DNA from: Cyanophora paradoxa CCMP329
Taxonomy: Eukaryota; Plantae; Glaucophyta
Assembly (NCBI GenBank): GCA_004431415.1
Contig: QPMI01000115.1
Span: 1 to 64,000, forward strand
Length of the DNA stretch: 64,000 nt
Direction of reading: 5' to 3'
In this document: in pieces, positions 11,496-24,300 of the stretch
How positions within the stretch are numbered: the first letter of the stretch is position 1
Layout of the letters: every line of letters begins with the position of its first letter
Translations under genes and position numbers: made by a program
The notes under the pieces: generated by a model
Databases searched by the model: none
Seen by the model: only the letters and a program-made list of their open reading frames with translations
Told to the model about the DNA's origin: nothing

Positions 11496-14483
11496 TATTG
11501 AGCAGCGCAGTTACACCTAATATGTGACAGGAAACAATTTTTGGTAGTATGGGGCAACGCATTATTGATTCGATCAATAGAAATTACGTTCAGATCGAAG
11601 TCCATACCACCATAACAACGAAGACAGTGACCATATTGCTTGCCGTAGCGTTTCTTGCACCAATCCCAATTGACATACTCCTTCTCGTCATACGGTCTGT
11701 TTGCCTTCTTGTCTTGCTCCTTGTACTGCTCAATTCTCTCGCTGAACTTCTTCATGTTCACAACGTGTTCTGCCCACTCATACCCATCATGGTAAATCTT
11801 CACACGACTTAGCTCGGTAGTTCGGGTGATTGCTGTGTAGAACCATTCCGCAGAAACGAAGGGCGCACCCGCTTCATAGATCACCACATTACCGCTCTTG
11901 CAATCTATTGTATCACCCTGAATCACGTGACAGGTATAAGCGTAAGGAAGTGAGAAATATCTCATTGCAGGTGGGTCTAATGTGATCACTTCCTTTGTAG
12001 CGATATCTTCGATGACGAACTCTTTGTCGTCATATGCCTTGATGGTGTACGTAAATCCATTGTGAATAGTCACACCATTTTTCACGATCCTTTGCTTTGC
12101 GACAATCTCCACACCTTTCGCAAAAATTGGGACATCTTCCCCGTAGTTCAATTTATGCAATTGCAGGTTGACTTCCGCAGCCTTGCGATTGGTGTAAACG
12201 ATCGCCCTGTCATCTTTCTCCAAAGTATCGACCGTTTCAAACCTGTACTTTTTAATGACATCGGGAACACTCAAACGATTTTCGAAGAGATCCTTTTTGA
12301 TTTCCTCGACAGTGTCGCGGTCTTCTTGGGTCTTGTGACGCTTATTAACCTTCAATACTAACTCGTTCTTGAACAGGAGACGCAGAATGTATGAGTAGTA
12401 TTCTTTTTGGTCAACCGTCATATCCTGGATGGGCGGATTTTGGTGTGGGTCACCTGTAGCGATGTAGACCTTATCCGGGAACAGCACTTCCATAATGTAT
12501 GCAAGCGCCGCCAATTCTGGAACTGTGAATTGACAGATTTCATCGATTACGATGCAATCGTACTCAACCAATCCGGAAGCATTACCACCCACGATCTCGT
12601 CCATGTTCGAATCGTCCACTTTCAGATGCAGAGCATCGTAGATGGTCTTAACATTTGCAAGACCATGTTGTAGCTTCATGTCGCGAATCCTCTTATTTGT
12701 CGGAACAATGAACAGGGGATTTTGGAAACGCTTACCAAACTGAACACCAATGTAGGTCTTTCCCACTCCTGGAACGACACCCAATATAATCCATCGCTTC
12801 TGAGCAGCAAGAGTTTCGCAAATTGCCGTGGTGTTATACTCATCAACTACCGAGTAAATAATGTGATTCGACTTCTCTAATTTCACGAAGTTCTCCTCGC
12901 GCTCCAATTTCCCGTAGTGAATGCGCTTGAAATTGAACTCCTTATTGTTCCCGATATACTTCTTTGTGAAATTGGGGCAATGCTTGACGCTGAATTCACC
13001 AATGTTGTCGTATCTGTGACGGTCGAAACTCACAAGAGGGATCGGATCACAAGAGGTCGTGTAGACACAATCAGTATTAACAGAGACTGGATTAAGTCCT
13101 TTCTTACTGAGTTCGATGCACTTCTCGTATAGATTCATTCTCATAAGAGAATACATGAGATTGTGAAACGGTAGGAACCCATCAGTAAGATACTTTTCTG
13201 CTACTTGATTCACATAGTAGATGCACGGTTCTGTGATTTCTTCCTCTGCGATGACGTAACAGGTTGGGTCATACGATGCTGGATCTTTACCAAACACGTA
13301 TGGTTTTACCTCTCCGCCATATTGCTTTTGGAATTCAATCGCATCGTCGCGCTTGTTAAAGATCGTGGTCTTTACTTTGTGGTTCTTCTGTTTTCCTATT
13401 TGCCCAATATTAGCAACAAGCATCTGCTTCTTGTCTGTTGGGTCAAGGTCACTTTCCATGATTTGCTTAATCACGTCGCCTGCATAGTTTGGAACCAATT
13501 TATATGGTCGAAGAACCCCCTTAATGGTTATGTCTTCTTTCAGATCCTCGTAGTATTTTTTGAGAACCATGCCTGGGATGACATTGTACCGTGAATCGAT
13601 AAGCATGCGCTTATAACGGTCGTAGATGTTCAGTTCGTATTTCGTTCCATCCGCATTTTTCATCGATTTGAAATACTTGGATTTCAACTGAACATAGTAG
13701 AAGTTGTAGTTTTCGATTTCCTCAGCAGAAGTGATCGCGGTCTTCTGGAAATTGTCGAATTTACTAATGACTGGGACGAATTCAATCTGTTTTGCGATAA
13801 TTGCAGGATAGGCTTTGCACATGTCGTGTTCGTAGATATTCTCGCTCCACCCAATCTCATCAATGGTCTCCTTCTCCAAATCAAAGAACCCACGAAGGGC
13901 AGTCTGTGAACCAATGCGGAACGCTGTTGAAGTTTGGTCATTGTACGTACTCTTGTTAGCATTGTTAACAAGACTCAGATACATTTTCAGATTGAGCCGC
14001 TCGAATTTCTCACGATATTCAGCGTCCTTGAATTTCACCGCATAAGCAGTCTCCACATCCGTATCTGAACCGGGTGGGGTAACCGTGATGCTCTTCTCAC
14101 CGTATGTGAAATGAATGTGTGTGATCTTCCGCATCGGGGAGAATCCCGCGTGAACCTGGTAGTTAACATCAACAATGAACTCTTTCAGAAGATCGTCCAA
14201 GAACCCACTGTAACAGATTGAAATTTTACTCTGAATCTTCATCTCCTCCGAATTGATAATCTTCACGATATCCTCAGGAGTTGCCGCAAACTCACGATGT
14301 TTTCTTTGCTTGATAATCTTGAATCGCGACCCCACCGTAAGATTCGTGTCAGAGTTTGACTTGGATCCATTGAAAGAGTGAGTGAGAGATTTGAGATTCT
14401 CGTTCAGAAGGTATAAGTGACCATTTTCGATCTTCACATAGGCAACCGATGGCGTGAGGTGGGTATTCCTCGTTTTCGGTTTG
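11495..14483 (-). CDS. C-terminal part of the PLV-1 replicase: degenerate PolB-like domain + SF1 (RecD/Pif1-like) helicase + Cys/His nuclease-like tail; interrupted by PLV-2
   Basis: PolB-like motifs HDMCKAYP, KQMLVANIGQIG, VNTDC; SF1 motifs GVVPGVGKT, IVIDEICQ, GDPHQNPP, YTCHVIQGDT, FYTAITR; C-terminal CLRC...SIDRINNALPH...NC...CN. The frame continues to the PLV-2 TSD. Confidence 0.88.
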
Positions 14484-14489
14484 AAAGTG

Positions 14490-15043
14490 ACACATAAATA
14501 AAAACAAATTTAAATCCCTCGCTCTATCGCTCAATTCGCGCTTCGCGCTCATTTCGCTCTGTCGCTCAGGATTTAAATTTGTTTTTATTTATGTGTAAAT
14601 TAATCGAAAATATTTAAAAAATAAATCAAAATTTTTAATAAAATCAATTAAATTTAAATAAATTCGATTAAATTAATTGGTATAATATCAATTAAATTAT
14701 GATTTTATGAAATTTATATAAATTTTTGATTATGATTTTATGAAATTTATATAAATTTTTATATAAATCCCAACGTGTAACAGGTGAATCCCAAGGTGTA
14801 ACGGGTGTAACAGGTAAATCCCAAAGTTTTGGATTTTTCACCTCCTAGGAGCGAAGTTTGGGATTTACCTGTTACACCTGTTACACATGACGATATTCAA
14901 TAATACATGTTATATTTCTTCAAAATCTCAGTGTGATTAACTCGGAAATCGCGCTGCTATCTGCTTCTCCGCTTTCTCCAACCCTGAAAAGATCTCTGTT
15001 ATTCTCTCATCTATCAATTTAGATATTACGGAGGTCTTACTTT
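14490..15043 (+). repeat. PLV-2 left TIR (internally shortened relative to the right TIR)
   Basis: 14490-14730 is the reverse complement of 46828-47068; about 14766-15043 is the reverse complement of 45702-45979. Confidence 0.9.
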
Positions 15044-15335
15044 GCGCTTCTGTTCCGCAAGTGAATACATCAATCGCTAACATTCCTTGATCCGAATAAC
15101 AATGAGCGGTTAAATGGCTCTCATCAAGAAGTAATACCATAGCAAAACCGGGTGGCGAAACACCACCATCGAAAATCTCGCAATGCTTGTGAACTACTCG
15201 GATACCTTGCTCTTGAATAATAGATTGAAAAAATTGCATTAACCACTTCGTTGTGGTGTCTATGTTGTCCAATCCCACCATCAATGGATGATTGAACTTG
15301 TAATCTAACATAACATGGAAACCGCGATGATTCAT
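14937..15335 (-). CDS. speD: S-adenosylmethionine decarboxylase family proenzyme (prokaryotic SpeD/SpeH type)
   Basis: GFHVMLD, PPGFAMVLLLDESHLTAHCY (ES autocleavage site), AIDVFTCG; 132 aa, typical of short prokaryotic-type AdoMetDC. Confidence 0.85.
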   Translation of the reverse strand: MNHRGFHVMLDYKFNHPLMVGLDNIDTTTKWLMQFFQSIIQEQGIRVVHKHCEIFDGGVSPPGFAMVLLLDESHLTAHCYSDQGMLAIDVFTCGTEAQSKTSVISKLIDERITEIFSGLEKAEKQIAARFPS

Positions 15336-15555
15336 TTATGAATTATATAGAAAAATTAAAAACGAAATTGGTAGGATGCGAACGATCTTAGCGAAAGTAT
15401 TTCCGTATGAGTTGGTCGATATCATAATGCTCCATTATCATAAGACATGTCCGAATTGCTTTGATACTTGCATTATTACAAGAAACAAGACTGGTAAAGT
15501 CTTAATTTCTTTATCCCGTCTCCATATGTAATTTGTTTTTCTTTATCTATGGTAA

Positions 15556-16369
15556 ATGAAGACTCACTTTTACCATAAGTATGTCGGTAATAAATACAAT
15601 GAAATGGATACAATCAATCCTTTTATCGATTTAGAAGGCATAAATAAAATAATAGAACCATTTTGTGGTTCAGGTGCATTTAGTTTCTATCTTTGGGAAA
15701 AGCATAAAGAACGTTTTGATTACTTTATGAATGATAACGACGAAACACATATACTTTTTTGAATACAATGAAAGACCCTAACAGTAAAGTAAAACTTTTA
15801 GATAGTCTTCAACAGTTCGAAGCAGTAAGCAATATAGAAGAGCATAAAGAAGTTTATAAGAGTTTTCTACAACATGATCGTAAAGATGTAATGGATTACT
15901 TAGCCCATCATTTCTATCTTCTTAAAAACAGCGTTTTAAATGTTAAAACCCTCCGTGATTTCAAAAAACGGAACGTGAAGTTGAGTGCATATACAACTCT
16001 TAAAAAGAAGATACCTTACGATGATTTCCTACAAGATGTTAACTTATCTCTTGGGATTATCTGGATATTGTGTTGAAATACAAAGATGATGAGGATGCAT
16101 TCATATTTCTTGATCCTCCATACGTTAATAGCAATAATGACTTTTACGAAAATGTAGAATCCGATTTGGAAAAATTCTTTTTGGATTTAGAAGATCTATT
16201 GAAGACCGCGAAATGCAAAGTTATGATGGTTGTTAATGATGCTTTATTAATGAAATTGCTATTTAAACCCTTTATTCGACATACATATGGTAAAGTGTAT
16301 GGTATATCAAAAAAGAAAAGGAAACATCTCATTATGACTAACTACGAAATCAATCAAAATACAACATAA
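15556..16369 (+). CDS. D12-class (Dam-like) N6-adenine DNA methyltransferase, ~271 aa, split by two single-base frameshifts
   Basis: YVGNK, IEPFCGSGA, MND and FIFLDPPY motifs over three ORFs; adding one T near 15760 and one G near 16055 restores one frame. Confidence 0.85.
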
Positions 16370-16622
16370 TCGGTTTCTCTTCTATAACGATTCCCCATGT
16401 AGTCTTTTTTCTGTATGCATGTGAGTGTTTCTTGGAACACTGTCGGCAACCCGATCCCTTAATGTGATTAAATCCGTAGGTTTGGAACGTCTTATTACAT
16501 TGTAAACATCTAACGGATATCTTCTCTTGTGCTTTCTTATAGACAGTCTCACTGTAATCGAATTTAGCATCACCATGAATCATAATCGCAGATTCAATAA
16601 ATCTTTTAGTTTTTTCATCCAT
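16350..16622 (-). CDS. Small Zn-ribbon protein resembling the repeat unit of viral homing/restriction-endonuclease-associated domains
   Basis: FIESA..IHG..FDYSETVY...KISVRCLQC..F....NHIKGSGCRQC; no nuclease domain visible. Confidence 0.6.
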   Translation of the reverse strand: MDEKTKRFIESAIMIHGDAKFDYSETVYKKAQEKISVRCLQCNKTFQTYGFNHIKGSGCRQCSKKHSHAYRKKTTWGIVIEEKPIMLYFD

Positions 16623-16645
16623 TCCTCTATATATACCTTAGAAAT

Positions 16646-17474
16646 CTATGGTGCAGTATCTGACCCAAAAATGGGGAAGTAGCGATTTGTGCCGTAATAT
16701 TCTGCATATGTATTCTGTTTTGCAATAGCATCGGTTCTCTCAGCATAGAGAATGCATTTGTAGATACCAAACCTGGTGGCTCTCACCAAGAACTGGTAAT
16801 CTTCAAGACCGAAATTCACTCCATGATAAGCAATTCCGAAATTGTCATATGGCGTGATCACAACTGCAATATTTGGGGTTCCACCCTCTACTTGACAGAC
16901 AGCATAAACATCTGGTGGGATATCGACAACCACCTTGTAGTGGTCACCAATCTCAACAAGAGAATCAACTACTGATGTCTGCTCATTCACAACAATTGGG
17001 AAGATCTTGATAATATATGGTGCATTCATACTGGGACATAGGTGCGAATTCTGGTGTTGGGATCAATGGGATTGGGTTGATCATTTACGAAAAGAGGCGC
17101 ACCAACAGCTCCACCAATCCGAAGACCATCACCAATATATGCTCCCCCGTTTTGCAGTTAATAGCTCCCGACCGAGATTCAAAAGAATAAGTAGAAAGAG
17201 GATCACCATAACTGTCTGGGTCTCCATAGTGGGCAGAAAAGTTTGCATTTGTGACAAGGAGTTTCGTTGTCTTAACTATACCATTATTTTTATCACACCT
17301 GAGTTCTTGCAATCTCAGTTTGTGGGTGGAACCAAATGTATTCATTGTGGGTTGCACTTCTGTGGATTGGAGACCTTCTACATCATCAAAGGTAGCATGC
17401 TGCAAAACGTGATTCGCAGGTGCTGCTAATGAGAGTTGGGGTGTAATAATTCGTTCTGGTATTGGGGCAGCCAT
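16646..17474 (-). CDS. Hypothetical (probably virion) protein, ~276 aa, paralog of the adjacent 17498-18352 gene; two homopolymer frameshifts
   Basis: ELRCDKNNGIVKTTKLLVTNANF vs ELRADKNSGVVKTTRLLVTNANF; +1 G near 17146 and +1 C near 17034 join ORFs 17085-17474 and 16646-17029 through GAYIGDG...RIRTYVP, colinear with the paralog. Confidence 0.7.
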
Positions 17475-17497
17475 TTTACATTAAAGTGATATATAAT

Positions 17498-18352
17498 TTA
17501 TGGGGTTGGGTCATCGATTATATCTGGTTCCGAATAAAACCCTGTTGTGAAGATATCTGCAACGTTTACCCCTCGAAGTGCCGAAACAGCTGCTATATCT
17601 GTCCTCAGTCCCATAATCATAGTATTGTAAACTCCAACCTCAGTTACAAACAAATCATAGGTAAATGTCAAATTGTTATAAACACAATATCCTCGACCGA
17701 AATGGTTTGATGCTTGAACAAAGAATAGGTAATTATGACCTGTTTGATTGTTGTTTGCTCTGCACATAGATAGCATTGCTGTGGGAAGCGGAATATTTCT
17801 TCTTACTCGATCAGTTCCTGTTATAATAACCAATTCCGAATTTTCAAGAGTGACAGAGGAAGCAACATAGAAATGTAGAAAAGGTTGCTGTGCAACTGGT
17901 GTATAGAAACGTATTCGTTGGGGGTCTTCAACATTCTGTTCAAGAGTATCTGGGACATCATTATACGAAATCGATGAAGAAAGTTGACCGGATACACGAC
18001 AACCACCGCCAATAAACGCTCCACCTGAACGAATTGTAGCAGCGGCAGAATTCTTATCGAAATCGAGGGCTTTTAAATCCACACTGTATGCATCAGGACC
18101 TCCATTTGTCGGTTGAAAGAAGTTTGCATTTGTTACAAGTAGTCGTGTGGTTTTAACTACACCCGAATTCTTATCGGCTCGGAGTTCTTTTACACGAATC
18201 ATCGAATTTTTATCGAAAGAGTTACCATTAGAATTGGGTCTCTCTGTGGATTCTAAACCGCGGACTTCATCATTAACTTCATGTTGTCGAAAGTGCATAG
18301 CTGGCGATCCAAGCGAATAAATGGGCAGTTGAACTCGATTGTATTCACCCAT
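17498..18352 (-). CDS. Hypothetical (probably virion) protein, ~284 aa
   Basis: Long ORF directly after the fibre gene; likely start MGEYNRV at 18352; paralogous to 16646-17474. Confidence 0.7.
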   Translation of the reverse strand: MGEYNRVQLPIYSLGSPAMHFRQHEVNDEVRGLESTERPNSNGNSFDKNSMIRVKELRADKNSGVVKTTRLLVTNANFFQPTNGGPDAYSVDLKALDFDKNSAAATIRSGGAFIGGGCRVSGQLSSSISYNDVPDTLEQNVEDPQRIRFYTPVAQQPFLHFYVASSVTLENSELVIITGTDRVRRNIPLPTAMLSMCRANNNQTGHNYLFFVQASNHFGRGYCVYNNLTFTYDLFVTEVGVYNTMIMGLRTDIAAVSALRGVNVADIFTTGFYSEPDIIDDPTP

Positions 18353-18392
18353 TGCTTCTTTTACTAAGAAGGATAGAAAAATAAACGACATT

Positions 18393-21300
18393 CTATGCTA
18401 TCATCTTCCCTGTTGCTATATAAGTCATTTGATAGTGGAAAAGTCCAATGCTTTCATTGTATTCTCTATTTGCCGAAATTGTTGCATGAATAGTAAATGT
18501 TGTTGTTGTGGAACTTGTGACACCATATACCAATACATATGAACCACCATTATACCCATCTCTTAAATTGAGAACGACTGCTGGGGCTTCTGCAAACGCT
18601 TTTGGGAATGTGACAACTTGTGGAAATCCCCAATGACCCGGACCTGTGATTGCTAAGGATTTTGAAAAACTCCCTGTCTGTATATACTGGTCTTTATTGA
18701 CCTGTTGTTCTGAGACAAGTTTCGCAATCTTACCATTGTCTTTTTCATCCATCGCATAGTATGCTCTTGCGTAAGCATTGCCACGACATAATAGTGTTTT
18801 ATCGTATATGTTCGCGGAATTGTGGAAGAACCACTGTTCGTAGAATAAAGGAGAGTCTGGTTGGTAAATTTGACCGGATCCCACATACATGGTATTATTT
18901 GCTGTGATCGTATTTGCTACAAATGGGTCTAAGGTTGGGAAATCTGTGATTTCCGATTTCGTGTGAGTATGGGCGAAATCTGTTATATTTGCCTTTGTGT
19001 GAGTATGTGCAAAATCGGTGATATCTGATTTAGTGTGAGAGTGAGGTCCGACAGTTGTGGAAGCTGTTGGTTTCCCGTAAATGTTATCCCAATGCAAGAA
19101 GCCACTGTGTGATGATACAGCAGGATTTTTACTCCAACCAACAGTAATCGGACCTGGAAGACAAATTCTTCCTATTTGTCCATGAACACCAACTTTAACA
19201 AGTCCTTCACAATTTATTCCAACAAACTGTTTATATTGAGAAGGCTGAATAGAAGGAGCATAGGCATTTACTCTTGAATAAACATAAGTATTTGTCGATG
19301 AATCAATTCCCACTACATCAAAGTATCTACTGTTATACAGACAGGTATAATAGATATAACATGATTTCATTCCTGCTGGGACAGTCCAATACATCTTACA
19401 GCTACTACAATCAAAATCACCATCAACCCATGTGTTCGCCCAAGTGTCTGTATTTGTCAATGGTGACCCGAAGAAACCTCTCCAATCACCTGTGCGGTCT
19501 GTGGAAATACCACTTGTAGCATCGAAATTTGTGGGTGCTGTATATGTTGGTTTATTAATTAAATCATCATAATTTCCGCTTGTCGCAACTGCTGCTAAGG
19601 TGGGTCTATCCGTAATATGGCTCCATAAATGTAAATGTGGTGAAGGTGTGAATGTTACAGGCTTATCTGTTATACTATTCCATGTGTGTGTGTGGTCAAA
19701 ATCTGAAATCTCATCTTTTGTGTGAACGTGTGCAAAATCGGGTATCTCTAATCGGGAATGTGTGTGGGCAAAATCTGTTATTTGTGATTTTGTGTGAGTG
19801 TGTGTGGGTATCTCCAAATTGCTAAGTGTTAATCTGTCTTTGCCGATAATATTCAGAATTTCCCGAGTTAAGATTGGTTGAGTATTGGGGAATCCATACA
19901 TTTGTTGGATGTAATACCTTACTTGTTGTTTTTCTGCTGTGGTTAATGCTCTGTTGAATACAATAATCTCAGCAATGCTTCCCGCAAATATTGTTCCAAA
20001 TCCAAAATCGTTTATAGTGGAATCAGGTAAATAATTATTAATTCCTGTGAGAGTTCCCACATCGACACCATTTAGCCCAACTGTGTAGCTTGTAGAAGTT
20101 ATTGTTTGGTCTGAGTAATACCATTTATTTACCAAAGAGGGAACTGTGACAGCAATTGGAGGTTGTGTTACACCATTTATAGCGAAAGTAGTTGTCCCTA
20201 ATGTTGTTGAATTATTTGCTCCATAGTAGGCAAATCGCGTTGGTGATGTTGTTTTTAGCACTCTCAAATGTGTATGAGAAGCACCTGTTTGTGTTAAATG
20301 ATATCTTCCAATATAGAAGAATGTCAAACCTTGTGACCAATCAATTGTTCTTGTCATCGTTGAGTTTGCTGAGAAGTTCCCTGAATCGCTTGTTAAAGTC
20401 ATCTGATTATTTATAGCAATATTGGATGAGTAGTAGGGACTTCCTGTGGAACTGACAGTTATAGATGGAACGATTGAGGAGACCCTATTGTAAAGAATTT
20501 TTGATGCTGCATTTTGACCGTGAACCCCTGATGCCTTCCAAGCAAAAATACAATTGGGAATGTTAGAAGCTGGATCAAAATTGGAAGTGATTCGATAAAA
20601 ATTTTCACTATAAGATTCTAAATAGCTTCCGGTTCCCATTTGAATTTTCCCTCCAACTGTTAGGTTGCTTGTCACCACCAAGTTGCTGGTAATGGTTCCA
20701 CCATTGAGTGGTAGATAATTAGATAATGCTACATTAAGTTCCTGTTCAGTCACATATTCTTCAAGAATTGCTGCAAGTTCTGTATCGTCTACATAATTTT
20801 TGCTTTCAAGGTAATCATCTGTGACAACACCTGAAAGGGTCTCATTGTGTAAATTTTTTGCCGCCATTCTCTGATTGACTTCTAAGGCGCCACCTGCTAA
20901 TGTTTTGATCCACGCCATCTCACATTTCCCGAAATCATCTTTTGGTTGTCCCACAAGTGGTGCGTAATTGAATTTCGAGCGACTAAATATTATTTTCGGT
21001 CTTGATCCATCGGTTGCGCTTACATCTGTAACGTTTACTTGTAAGATGGCGTCTTTATCATCATAACTCACTGGATCTAATGGAAGTGGAGGTAAACCTG
21101 CTGTTAATGGGATATCTTCATTATAATAACTTGTCAAAAACAGACCTGGTTTAGTATCTATAACTCCCACCCCACCTGCTGAAACCATTTGAGATCTTGA
21201 AGGTTGTTTAATGTATAATTCGCCATCCATTGTGGTGCCTGCATCTATTCCTTTTCTGTGCAAATAGTATTCACTTAATTGTAATCTTTCAGGAATGGTG

Positions 21301-24300
21301 TCACTCTGATAGAAACTAACCCCATAAAATCCGTCACCATTTACTAAATCACCTGTTGATGCAAAACGTGGTTTTTCATCTATTTCACTCCATGGGTGTT
21401 TGTGGTTAGAGTTTGTGATTTCGGAATAATCATGAGTGTGTGAATCTGGTGGAAAGGTTAACGGAGGATTTGTGATATGCTCCCATAAATGAGTATGGGC
21501 AAAATCTGTAATTTGCGCTTTGGTGTGTGTGTGGTTTTGTATCCAACCTTGAACCACATTCGATGTTGGATGATGAGGAAGATTAGCATTACTTGTTACA
21601 GTGAGATAATCGATCACTGTATCGGGTGATGTGATCTTTAAACCTCTGTAAATGGTCAGAGGTTGAGTATTGGGGAATCCATACATTTGTTGGATGTAAT
21701 ACCTTACTTGTTGTTTTTCTGCTGTGGTTAATGCTCTGTTGAATACAATAATCTCAGCAATGCTTCCCGCAAATATTGATCCAAATCCAAAATCGTTTAT
21801 AGTGGAATCAGGTAAATAATTATTAATTCCTGTGAGAGTTCCCACATCGACACCATTTAGCCCAACTGTGTAGCTTGTAGAAGTTATTGTTTGGTCTGAG
21901 TAATACCATTTATTTACCAAAGAGGGAACTGTGACAGCAATTGGAGGTTGTGTTACACCATTTATAGCGAAAGTAGTTGTCCCTAATCTTGTTGAATTAT
22001 TTGCTCCATAGTAGGCAAATCGCGTTGGTGATGTTGTTTTTAGCACACTCAAATGTGTATGAGAAGCACCTGTTTGTGTTAAATGATATCTTCCAATATA
22101 GAAGAATGTCAAACCTTGTGACCAATCAATTGTTCTTGTCATCGTTGAGTTTGCTGAGAAGTTCCCTGAATCGCTTGTTAAAGTCATCTGATTATTTATA
22201 GCAATATTGGATGAGTAGTAGGGACTTCCTGTGGGACTGACAGTTATAGATGGAACGATTGAGGAGACCCTATTGTAAAGAATTTTTGATGCTGCATTTT
22301 GACCGTGAACTCCTGAGGCTTTCCATGCAAAAAGGCAATTTGGAATATTAGAAGCGGGATCGTTACTTGCTGTGATAGAATACCATTCCCTGTAAAGTTG
22401 GTTCATGGTATTAAAATTGCCTGAACCAACTGTAAGAATTCCATTCACTTTTAGGTTGCTGGTCTCAATATTGCTACTGTAAATATTACTATTAACTGTA
22501 AGGTTTCCTGTGATTGTCCCACCAACAAGCGGAAGATATTTTGATAATTCCGCGGCAAGTTCAGGTTTTGTTACATAATTTCCAAGCATCGCAAGAGTAA
22601 CAAAATTAACGAGAATTACAGCCGTTAGGTAATCTTCTGTTACCACTCTTGATATAGTTTCATTGTGAATATTTTTTGCAGCCATTCTTTGATTAGCTTC
22701 CAGAACCCCACCATAATTCGTTTTTATCCATGCAAGTTCTGCCCTTCCATAATTATCATTTGCAGTTCCCACTATGGGAATGTAGGAGTATTTATCTCGA
22801 CTGAAAACTATCATTGGTCTTGATCCATCCAGACTGCTCACATCTGCAACATGAACCTGTATAGCTGCATTGTAATTTTGGTAGGTTGCTGGGTCTGTTG
22901 GAACTCTAAAAGTATCTGTGGGTATGTCAACCTCCATGTAGCTTGACACAAAGATATTTGGTATGGTTGCTCCTGGTTCTGGTGGTGGATTATAAGAGCC
23001 TGGTAATGTCCTAATATGAAGTGGTCCTCTCATAGCTGAATTCGCAAGTGTCCCATTCACATGAACATAGTGGTGATTCAAAAAGATCCTTTCAGGGACA
23101 TTGCAAGTCTGGTAAAGAGAAACTCCCAGAGTAGCAAGAGGCTCTACTTTTGCGAATTCTGGTTGGTCATTGATCTCATCCCAGGTGTGTTCATGGTTGC
23201 TTGCTGCAAACTTATCTGGTATCCCATCCAGATCACCCCAATCATGCCTGTGATCCTCTGGTGGGAATTTCTCTGGTTTACCTAAGATCTCATCCCAGTC
23301 ATGGTTGTGATCCTCTGGTGGAAATCTTGCTGGTTTGTTATTGATCTGCTCCCAATCTGGGAAGAACTCCCAAATCTCTGGGCGAAATCCATCTGGTAAT
23401 AATTCTTCATGGGGTTCATATGGTTGCTCATAATCAACAACTGGTGGTTCGAGACCATCTGCTAAATATTCCTCATGGGTTCATAATTCTGCTCATATTC
23501 ATACTCTTGTGGATCTAAACCATCTGGTAAATACTCTTCCTCATTGGGATCATATTGATCATATTCATACTCTTGTGGGTCGAAACCATCAGGTAGGTAT
23601 TCCTCCTCATCTGGAACGAATTGGTATTCGTCAAGCTCCAAAATATCAATTTCAGGAGGTAAATATTGCTCATCAATTTGCTTTCTTGGTTCAATTATAG
23701 GTTTATTTCGAACTTGCTCCCAACTCACAATGTGTTGACCAAAAGGAACTGTCTCATCTGCTGTGTATTCTCTTCCGGGTTGTTTTTTTGGTGTAAGATC
23801 TGGTGGATCCCATGGTAACGGAAATGGAACTGGAACAGGTCCGTAATGTTCAAATATTTCTCTTATCGTTTTCTCACTAACAAGTTTCTCGCCATTTGCA
23901 TACACGTTGCTACCGTGAATATTTCGCCACTGTCGGGTTCTAATACCAAGATCTTTTGTGTTTGAAAACAAAGGTAGTAAATGTCGATCCATTTCGACAA
24001 GATCGGGATGTAGATGAATCGCTACTGGTTGAGTGGGACTACTATTAATGGTTATTGATGGTTTTTGTTGGTGAACGTCTTTCGGAGTAAAAAACCCAAA
24101 AGGTTCATTTTTCGCAAAATCATAAGTAATGTCTTTTGGGTATACATTATTTGTGATACATACTTGATTCGCATTAGGAAAACTACCTACTTGTAAGATT
24201 TGTGATGACTCGACGATTGGTGTGCTGCCTTCATTATAAATTCTGAGACCTGTATTTTGTTTACCTTTCTCATCTTGTATATTAAAAACTAATCGCCCGC

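Noticed and set aside
19876-22310. Diversity-generating retroelement TR/VR pair
   Set aside because: Differences are not adenine-specific, both copies are coding, and no reverse transcriptase is in the window.
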